A stretch of 64,000 nt of DNA. It comes from Octopus sinensis. Lineage: Eukaryota. A program made the translations under genes and the position numbers. Under the pieces are notes generated by a model that was given only the letters and a program-made list of their open reading frames with translations, searched no databases and was not told the origin of the DNA. The stretch spans positions 127,968,001-128,032,000 of the forward strand of contig NC_043000.1 of NCBI RefSeq assembly GCF_006345805.1, written 5' to 3'. This document shows, one piece after another, positions 26,376 through 35,952 of this stretch (positions are counted from its first letter, which is position 1; the number at the start of each line of letters is the position of its first letter).

Positions 26376-28488
26376 ACAGACTTTCCCCACACCTCATACA
26401 TTGGGAAATCTTTTGTTTTGGATTGCCACTTTCTATTCTCTGTGATCATATTCTGTGTAAAGAAACTTTTTTTTCCAAGATTTCTTCGATTTTGTCTAAG
26501 AATGTTTTCTCTTAAGTTTACAATTCAATTTATAAACTGGGTGAGGGAAGCAACGTATTCAAAATTAAGACCATGGGAGATGTAAAAATCTGATTTGGCT
26601 TTCCTGAAATGCATCATTTCTACAATTCCAATTTTTAATGTATTTTCCCAAAAGTACATTTAAGATTCATTTTTGCCTTGAATAAGGAAGATTCCAATTT
26701 TGTAAAAGAAAAAGAAACTTATTCCTTTTACTGTACATATGTAATACTTCCTCTCGAGGAAAATTTGTCACACAAAATATGTTTAGGTACAAGAAGGGAA
26801 TACGACTGTCATATTTATATAAGCAAAAGTAGTACAAAAAATTATAAACTAAACAAAATTTTTGGGAAAAAAATCAAAATTAAAAATTTTAATGGAATTT
26901 ATGATTTACCTAGTTTAAATATTTTACTTATTCGTTTCGGTAAAATCTTTTACTATTCCCCATTATTATAAGTCCCAATTTGAATCACGCCGCTTTCCTC
27001 CCTTTAAAGTGTTGTTTACATGTGTTACAACATTTTTCACCCTTGAAAAGAAAAAATTAAAACATTTGAAATTGTACAGAAACATTCAGAATTTATTATT
27101 TTTCAAAAAACGCTATTCCAATGTTTTCATCTCAAATGATGACAAGTACATAAATATAAGGGCGATCAGTTTTTTACGGAAATCGACGGAAAGGTCTACT
27201 AGAGACGAAAGATTGCCAATATAAGTTTTGCATGTTTTACTATAAAACAGAGGACATTTCGAATTAGTTTCATTATATATTTTCTTTCTTTAAATACTGA
27301 AATATGAAGATATTTGTTTCTTAATCATATATCTATTAATAGAAGATATTGCGTACGATAAGAAGATTACTCTTGACTAAAAGCAAATTCCAATACAAGT
27401 GAACTAAGTAACTTTTATATAGTCTTGGGTTGTTGTGAAGCCCCCAGATCAGACCTAGTCAATCTTATGGCATGCAGATAGCCGTCCGACCGACGAGGTT
27501 ATATCCAGAAGATGTACGTTTCTATTTATTCCACGTCTCTGTGAAATTGAAGACTATAAGGCACACTCCGACACACATCGATGAAATTGCACGGTATAAA
27601 CAGTCTGGATATATCTATATGTCTATAAATTCTAGGTGGCTACTTCGGAGGTGATCGAGTCGATCTCAGAGTGCGACAATTACTGTTTGTTCCTCTACAC
27701 ATGACCGTGTTTGATGTCGGTGAGTCTCTTGATGTTACAACTATTTCTGTGTGTATGTCTTTTTAAAGCTTTATGTGTATGTGTGTTGGTGCTTAGACGG
27801 ATTTTCGGAATAGCTCATCCGACATACCTAATGTACCCCCATTAACTTTGTTTCCTTATAACTTTCAGAAAAATTGATATTTTTTTAAACGAAGTTTTCT
27901 ATAAATGCTTTTCAAATGGTATAGATTCCAATTATAGCGGAATTTGATAAAAAAATTTTTTCCAAAGGACTGAAATTGGAGTTTCGAAAAATACACACGA
28001 ATCAACTTAGTTTCCTCATTACTTTTAGAAACATGAATGTTTATAAATGGAATTTTGCACAAAGTCGTGGGGTGGGGACACACTTCTCTACGTCCACTTG
28101 GGCATACCTACACATGTTGGATTTTGTCCGTTTTCACCGATGTGGTACAAAAAAATGAATTTGAAAAATCCGTGCTCTTCGAATATCCTGGTGGTCTTCG
28201 TGGAGGAAAAGGAAGAAAAACAGAAAAGCTTAAATCCATTAGAGTTATGTCCCTTAGATTTGTTTTTTTTTTTTTTCAATTGTCAATTACATATTTTATA
28301 CTTAATGTTAACGATGAAATGTGTATGTAATTGTATAAATTGTACTTTTAACAATTGTTCGATTCATTCATAGTAGTGACTTCATCAGAGTTAGATGCTG
28401 CATTTATCGTTTTTGTCCCCTATACAAAACAATTGAGTCACTACTTATATTTGATATAATCATTACTTTGTCAAATATATATTTTATC

Positions 28489-29839
28489 GGTCCAGATGGA
28501 GAATATGTAAACGGAACCCTTCCCCTCTTAATTCCGATTCTGAAAAAAAAATTTCAAAAATTGCAACTTCAAAATTTCAATGTCACCCCTCCCCTCCCCA
28601 TTTCTTAATTTTTCACTTTTTCCAGAATTTTTTTTTTTTTTTTGCGAAATGCGTACAAAAATACGGAGATTATGATTCTGAAAAAAAATTGTTTGTATAA
28701 TTTCAATTTTTCAAAAAAAAAAAAAAAATTACCCCCCTATCGCCCCTACCTCAAGCAGGTCATTTACATGCCAGAAATAACAGCCAAATCTCACAAACTG
28801 CGATAGAAGCGCAGCAACACTAGAAGCTGTTATAATTGAAAATGTGTTACCCGTTACTATAATACATACAGACAAATGGGCCAGCTGGGTTACATTCACA
28901 GAACGGTTAACCATTCAAAGAATTTCGTCGATCCTGAAACTGGCGCTTGCACGAACTACTTTGAGGCCTATTGGTCCCGTATCAAAAGACGACTAAAGTA
29001 TGTGACTGGATCATCGGGCGACATGAAATGGCCCCGCGTCGATGAATCAATATAACGAGAAATGTATGGATTTACTTACTACGAAGACAAACTTCCCGAA
29101 TTTCTATACATTTCTCGAACACAAAAAAATACTCTTTAATTTCATATTATTGCGGGAAATCACTCTGAAATAAATCTTTGCAGGAAAGTGAGTAATAATA
29201 ATTAAATTATTGTATGCAGTGCTCAGGTGCACCACAACTTGTCAAAAGTGCGTATAAAGCATATGCAGTAATGTACAAATGTCTGGGAAGTGTGTATGGA
29301 GGGGAGAAATTCAGGTGTAGTGTTGGCGAATCTCAGGAAGCATGGAAGTTTTGAAGAATGCAGTGCTCCGACAACTAACAACTGATACCGGCAGTTTGTT
29401 CCATGCCTCAGCAACCCTTAGCGTGTAGATTGATTGCACATTTCTTTCATTATGTTATCGCAGTTTTGTGAGATTTGGCTGTTATTTCTAGCATGTAAAT
29501 AGCCTGCTTGAGGTGGGACGATGGGGGTAATTTTTTTTTTTTTTTTGAAAAATTGAAATTTTATGAACAATTTTTTTTTCAGAATCATAATCTCCCTATT
29601 TTTGTACGTATTTCGCCCCCCTCCCAAAAAACAACCCCGGAAAAGTGAAAAATGAAGAAATGGGGAGGTGGGGGGGGGGTGAAATTGAAATTCTGAAGTT
29701 GCGATTTTTGAAAATTTTTTTTCAGAATCGAAATAGCCTAAAACGTGAGATTCCATTAAAAAAAAAAAACGTGAGATTCCATAAAAATTTTAAAAAATTA
29801 AGGAGGAAAGGGTTCCATTTACATATCCCCCATCTGGAC
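28489..29839 (+). mobile_element. Non-autonomous Merlin DNA transposon, about 320-bp inverted arms, 8-bp TSD
   Basis: Ends GGTCCAGATGG / CCATCTGGACC. Exact TSD ATTTTATC at 28481-88 and 29840-47. Arms are about 28489-28806 and 29455-29839. Internal transposase piece 28801-29130 reads DRSAATLEAVIIENVLPVTIIHTDKW / GYIHRTVNHSKNFVDPETGACTNYFEAYWSRIK. Confidence 0.92.
29195..29420 (-). mobile_element. CR1/L2-type LINE 3' end nested in the Merlin element
   Basis: Minus-strand VAEAWNKLPVSVVSCRSTAFFKTSML...* followed by a short (ATT)n-like tail. Confidence 0.75.
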
Positions 29840-29952
29840 CATTTTATCTTTTACTCGTTTCAGTCATTAGACTGCGACCATGCTGGTGCACCACCTTGAA
29901 GAATTTTTAGTTGAATGAATCCACCACAGTACCTAGTTTGTTTTTTTTTGGG

Positions 29953-30302
29953 GGGGCTAATGCAGTTTCGCACCTCTCCTTGAAAAATGCATTTTTTTGA
30001 AAAGTTTTTTTCAGATTCCTACATTTTAGATGGAGATTACGAATATGCAAAAAATTAAAATTTGATTATTAAATATTAATGTTTGTTTCTCTTTTAATTT
30101 CGATTTGCATATGTTCGTCAATTCTCTACGATCTCTTTAAAGTAAACAAAATCAAAAATTTAAATTTGTAGTGGGGATGAAATTTAAAAAAAATCTTTTT
30201 TTGCATATTTGTAATTCCCGTCATCTAAAACGTAGGAATCCCCAAAAATTTTTTTCCAAAAGATGCATTTTTCAAGGAGAGGTGCAAAACAGCATTAGCC
30301 CC
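29953..30302. mobile_element. MITE with about 105-bp TIRs (GGGGCTAATGC ends) inserted into a SINE
   Basis: The left and right approximately 105 nt are reverse complements. SINE sequence resumes on both sides. TSD is ambiguous. Confidence 0.8.
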
Positions 30303-32943
30303 GTTTATTTTTAAACCTGGTATTTATTCGATTGATCGCTTTTGCCGAACTACTAAGTTGGTAGGCCTGGGGCTATATAGTAGAAGACACTTACCCAACG
30401 TGCCATACAGAGGAACTGAACCTAGAACCATGTAATTGGGAAGCAAGCTTCTTACCACACAGCCACAAAAAAGCATTATTACACATGAATGTCTGAAGTA
30501 TCCTTGTCTTTTTAGAAAATTTAGTATCATTTGTATTTGTAATGTATATCTTTTTAATTTACAGCCATAATATAAAGAGTTGTCAGTCAAAACTTAGATT
30601 GTTAGTGATGGCAACAGCAAATTATTTAAATTGGTTAATTCAGTTTAAATGCTTTTTATTGGGTTGTTAATGTTCCAGAAGGCCAATTGTGGCTGCTACA
30701 TGTTTGGAGATATGAAATTTTATTTGCCATATACTGGCCCAAGTTTCAATGGGGATTTGATTTACAATAAGGAATGTGTATCTATGTTGATATTTATGGG
30801 TTTAGTTATCAAGAGGTTGTCTGCAAAAAGTTTTAGTGAGGAGGAGGTGATTACTTTAGGCAAACCATATATGTATAAGAAGAATGACTGGTCTCAGCCC
30901 CAAATCCTATGGTATTCCCAGTAATATAAAGGTTACTGTTGATTTACTACTATTCCCACTTTTCAAGTTATATTATGCTTTAAAGCCATGCTGATATTCA
31001 TTGATAATTTTACTAGCATCTAGGTGGCTCTTGATGTTACTTGTGACTATAGGCATAGGAGTGGCTGTGTGGTAAGTAGCTTGCTTACCAACCACATGGT
31101 TCCAGGTTCAGTCTCACTGTGTGGCACCTTGGGCAAGTGTCTTCTACTATGGCCTTGGGCCGACCAAAGCTTTGTGAGTGGATTTGGTAGATGGAAACTG
31201 AAAGAAGCCTGTCGTATATATGTATATATATATATGTATGTGTGTGTAGAGACTGATAGAACCAGCATGGCCACAGTCACATCACTGAAACAAATAAAAG
31301 AGTAAAAAGAGAGAGTAAAGAGATATGTTTGACTATTTCAGAGCTAACTGATATAATCAAAATTGGTCTATAGTTTGGGGAGTCATGTTAAGAATTTTTA
31401 ATTTTATTCTAGTCTGAAGGAACATAGACAGGGTCCAGTGAGTGCTGTATAAATGTTATTGTAAATGCAATATCATAGGCTAAGTATTTTATCAATGCAG
31501 ATACTGGGAATTCTAACTTGCTGACAAAACTGAAAATATTATGTTGCCATATTTTTTAAACTGGGTAAGATAAAAAAAATTGATATTCACATCTTAGTTA
31601 AATTACAACAAAATATGAAAACTATCCTAGTATGCTTTTCTGAGGTCCTTATTCATCTTTATCACCCACTCACAGATCTTGGAGCTCAGTATCTTAAATT
31701 TACAAGATTCATTGGAAGTGCTTATTTTCCCTGCTATGGTGACATCAAGCAGGAAAGCACCATAACCTCTAAAGGAGGGTTACTGACATCCAAACTCCCT
31801 TGTAATAAGCGTTTGCCTAGTTTTCTAAACACTGTTGTCTAAAGATCAGTTGTAAGTTTCAGGTCACTTGTGAGGTTTCTCATGCATGCTATTGATGACA
31901 TGGAATCCAGTACAACCTGTGTTACATGGTCAGGTCATTAGCAACTAAACTGGCACCCTCACTAGGCGTGTCTGGCGAGGTGAGTTGCTTGAAACCCAGC
32001 GGGACTAAGAGCAAGACCTGTCAAAAGGACAGCTGGACCTAGTGTAGGTTCAGCGATTATCTAGCATTAGTACGGGCCCTTAGAAATTCCAGGTATCCAG
32101 CAGCTGGAAGACCAGTGAAAGCATGTCTCTAGAACCCACTTCAAATCCAGGCTATGTCTACTACAGTAATCAGGGGTGACTTGGTCAGTAGATCTTTTGT
32201 AAAGGTCAATGATCAACAAGATGAGCTGCTATGGATCACACTATCCAAAAATGTGCATGTAACCAGGGGAAACATGTGAACTTGTATTCTCATTGAAACT
32301 CCAAACATTTAACTCTAATTGTAATACTGAATATGATATCCCCACTTCTGTAGGGCGTGGTTGAATTCTCACTGTTTACCAACATACTTTTTCATCAATA
32401 AAGTTATTGCACTTAGTTCAGCAGAAATACAATGTTTTTGAAGAGGGATTTGAAGCATTGTTTTTAGTTCCTTTAGAAAATTTAAGGACATTTGTGTTTG
32501 AATCATTGTTCTGGTTTCGGTGAATACTTTCATTCGAGTTTAAACCATAATATGAAGGATTGCTGCATGTGTGCATGCACACACACAAAGATATACTTGA
32601 TCTCCTGTATGGAGTTCTTTTATAATGTTTGCAGATTTACTTTCTATGTCATAAAATTTACAAATGCACCAATATATATTTCCCTATTTTTTCTGTTTTC
32701 TTTTCCCAGTTTTTTTTATGGTCTTTCCTTCCTTCTTCCACTATCTGACGAAGTGCAATGTTCAAAACTTAGTCATTATCTCTTGTATTTCTCTGAGAAT
32801 CAAGCTAAGATTGATTGTGAACTTAACCTCTTTTTTTTTTGTTTCCTTTTTCTTTCCACTTACATATGTACACACACACACATTCATTTTCCATATTTTA
32901 ATATAATTTTGTCTGTTCCATTTTCAGATAGCAGAAACTTAAC

Positions 32944-33717
32944 ATGTTTCGAAGAATATTTCCTTGTTGCCAACTTTTGTTTCACAAAAGTCAACTGTCG
33001 GCCAAAACTTCAGAAGAATGTAATTTTATTTTAAAATGTATTAAATCTAATAGGTTCTATAACACACTTTTGACAAAACATCCTTCCATACAAGCCACAA
33101 CTAAGAGTTTGTTGTCACCTCTTGAGTTATCTGAAACTTCCCTTTGTAGTTTTCCTAGCAATGCCAATCAGATCTACCATTCACTCTGTACAAAGAGCAC
33201 AAATACACTGCAAACCAAAAAGAGTAGTTTTAGTCATATGAACGTCTCCGGTAAAATAAACATGGTTGATGTTGGTGAAAAATCAGTGACTCATCGTATT
33301 GCCAAAGCAACTGGGGTTATCTATATTGGTGAAACAGTATTCAAACTCCTACAAGAAAATGAACTTAAGAAAGGGTCAGCCCTTATTGTTGCAGATATAG
33401 CTGGAATAATGGCAGCTAAAGAAACCAGTCGTTTCATTCCATTATGTCATAGCATTCCTGTGGCTAAAGCAGAGTTAACTTTTCAAATGAATGAAGCTGA
33501 ATACTGTGTGCGTGTAACATCAGAAGTCCATACGGTGGCTCAGACAGGAGTTGAAATGGAAGCTTTAATGGCAGTATCTGTGAGTTTGCTCACCATATAT
33601 GACATGTGTAAAGCAGTTAATAAAAATATGGTTATTAGTGATATTAAGCTTCTCTCAAAGACTGGAGGTAAAACTGACTTCAATGCTTCATATGATGAAA
33701 AAGAAAATACAATATAA
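32944..33717 (+). CDS. MOCS1: Cyclic pyranopterin monophosphate synthase (MoaC / MOCS1B), single coding exon, about 95-aa N-terminal extension (possible mitochondrial presequence)
   Basis: 257-aa ORF with MoaC motifs FSHMNVSGKINMVDVG, AAKETSRFIPLCH, GVEMEALMAVSV, LTIYDMCKAV, KTGGK. Polypyrimidine tract and acceptor ttttcAG at 32926-27. AATAAA at 33738-33743. Confidence 0.93.
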   Translation: MFRRIFPCCQLLFHKSQLSAKTSEECNFILKCIKSNRFYNTLLTKHPSIQATTKSLLSPLELSETSLCSFPSNANQIYHSLCTKSTNTLQTKKSSFSHMNVSGKINMVDVGEKSVTHRIAKATGVIYIGETVFKLLQENELKKGSALIVADIAGIMAAKETSRFIPLCHSIPVAKAELTFQMNEAEYCVRVTSEVHTVAQTGVEMEALMAVSVSLLTIYDMCKAVNKNMVISDIKLLSKTGGKTDFNASYDEKENTI

Positions 33718-35835
33718 ATGTATATAAATGTTATAACAATAAAAATTTTTAATTTTGTTTTAAATCAAGTTTTGTTTTTATCCAGACATCATGGTATGTC
33801 ATCTTCGTCATAATCATCATCATCATAATCATCATCATCATTTAACATCTGTCTTCTATGCTGGCATGGGTTGGACACCTGGACAGAAGCAAACAAGCCA
33901 GAGGACTGCACCAAGCTCCACTATCTGTTTTGGCATGGTTTTTATGGCTGGATGCCCATCCTAACACCAACCACCTTACAGAGTAGACTGGATGCTTTTT
34001 AGGTGGTACCAGCACCTGCAAAGCCCCTGAGTAACTTGCAAGACAAAGATCCTTTGAGAAAGAAGATATTGAAGGAGGTGGCTTTATGCCAGCTGATGAG
34101 AGGTTAGAGTATGACAGAGGGACAGAAACAGGTGACTTGCTATAATGAAGATACATGATTATCGCAATCAGCGGGGAAAGAGCAAGAGAGATGGTGACAA
34201 TGTGCCAGGGCATATTCACAAGGTACAAGAATGTGAATATAAATGGGATGATAGAGGATTGTCCAGGGTGTGTGAGTAGGGAGTTCATGTGGATGCCAAA
34301 TGGTGGAAGGGGAATGTAGTGACTGGTGAAACCTGGGTGTATGGGGTGGTGACAGGATAGCCTTCTTTGTTTGCTTGTTAAATTTTATTAACTTTTTCCT
34401 TATTTTATAACAGATAATTTTATTTTCTTTATCTACATGTAAATGAGATTAACATCGTTTTTACATCTGATTTTCCATGGGTAGGACTTCTTTTTTTTAT
34501 GAGGATCAGTCCTCATTCTTCTATTCATATCTTTTTTGCTTTCCACTTTTGCAGATTCTTTATAAGAGCATCATTTGATGTTTTTATCACCTAAATATCA
34601 TTCTTCACATACACACACTTTCCATCTCCTTGTCATTGCAGTGTTTGTGATTGTGTATTATAACAAATATCCAGTTCTCCTCTGTAAGCTTGTGCTTTAT
34701 CTTTCTTACATACCGACATTATGCATCCAGGGGGCATTCTTGCCTCCATTCTTTCCTGCCTTTGCATATCCTTCATATTCAGCACCCATATCTCATAACC
34801 ATGCAATGTCACATTTCATACACAAGCATCATACAATTAACCTTCAACTCAAAAGGAGAGATGCCTTGTTATGAACAGAGATAATAGCATCATGAACATT
34901 TTCCCACCCTATCTTACTCTGGTTACTATACTTTCAACACACACACCTCCATTGCTCATCTGGTCACCTAGGTAACAGAATTTATCAACTATTTCTTCAT
35001 TTCTTAGCTGCTCCTGTTGCCAGCTTGCCTTATTACATATGAAATATTTCTTTGTTAACCTACTATAAATCCCACAGCATCTTTTACAGGCCCATTGTTT
35101 GCATTAGATACGTAGTATATAGTTCCTGCTACTCACTTTATACATATCCAGTATGACCACCTCATTCTAATCACTGTGAATAGTGTTCTGTTTTCTCTTT
35201 TGTTAAATTGACCTTTAGGCCTCTTAAATGAAGAGGTTTAAAGAAAATATTTCTCCAATTCTTGATTATTTGAGCTATGAGAACCTTAACATTTGCTTCT
35301 AGGAGTTTCATTAAACAGACAGTCTTGGTCAATCTATACACTAGATTCCTCAGTGGATTTGTTCCTAACTCTTACTTTACTGATCATTCATGTATATGGT
35401 TTGCAAAACTTTCACAAGCTGTTTTGCTTTCCTAGTTTTCCTTGATAAGGTACTTTGCTCCTTTATCTAAGAGCTTCTCCAAGTCAACAAATAATAGTTT
35501 GATAAGTATCAATGGTTTGTCCTTGGCTAAGAAATTCTCAAAGAATAATAAAATATGTTCCAAAACACACATAAATGAGGTTCCTTTCAGGAAGTTTGAT
35601 TGGCTATTTCAGTTTCTTTTGTGAAATAAATTTTTATTACCAGAAAACAAAGTATTTCAAGATATTTTTTGTTCACATTAAAATTCATTTTAATTATTGT
35701 TATATATGATGATAATTAAAGTGAATTAATATATCCCCATAGGAAAATATAAGTATTAATGCAAACAATTCATAAAAGTTAATCCTTTTGTAAGTGAAGA
35801 GACACAGCCTATTTCTTCTGTTCTGGTAACTACAT

Positions 35836-35952
35836 TCACATTTCTTCCTTTGATAGAATATCTTCTTTTGAATGAAAAGATGTATTTCCAATCTCTGTAG
35901 TTTCTTGTAAGAGAAGTATTTCTTGCAAGATTTCTTTATCATTTAACCCAAG
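35836..35952 (-). CDS. CFAP70: CFAP70 last coding exon: [26 protein letters not shown]...EEM*
   Basis: catttcAG acceptor and TGA at 35838-35836. Resembles the recalled human C-terminus [26 protein letters not shown]. Confidence 0.87.
   Translation of the reverse strand, partial: LGLNDKEILQEILLLQETTEIGNTSFHSKEDILSKEEM

Noticed and set aside
25825-26445. 206-aa ORF as an intact host gene or bacterial IS contamination
   Set aside because: The DDE core is missing and the last approximately 23 codons are unrelated. Flanks are octopus-type repeats, which fits a eukaryotic Merlin fragment.
26540-27003. Weak approximately 33-bp inverted match suggesting another MITE
   Set aside because: Only about 25/33 identity with gaps and no TSD found, so too weak to call.
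26376-28800. An intron joining the Merlin N-terminal and C-terminal halves into one gene
   Set aside because: There is no usable GT donor after GGFDDAG, the VEIDES/WVFGG middle is absent, and the C-terminal piece is enclosed in its own TIR/TSD unit with a frameshift and a stop.
30649-31842. ORFs at 30649-30924 and 31615-31842 as MOCS1A exons
   Set aside because: No radical-SAM or MoaA motifs and no convincing splice framing.
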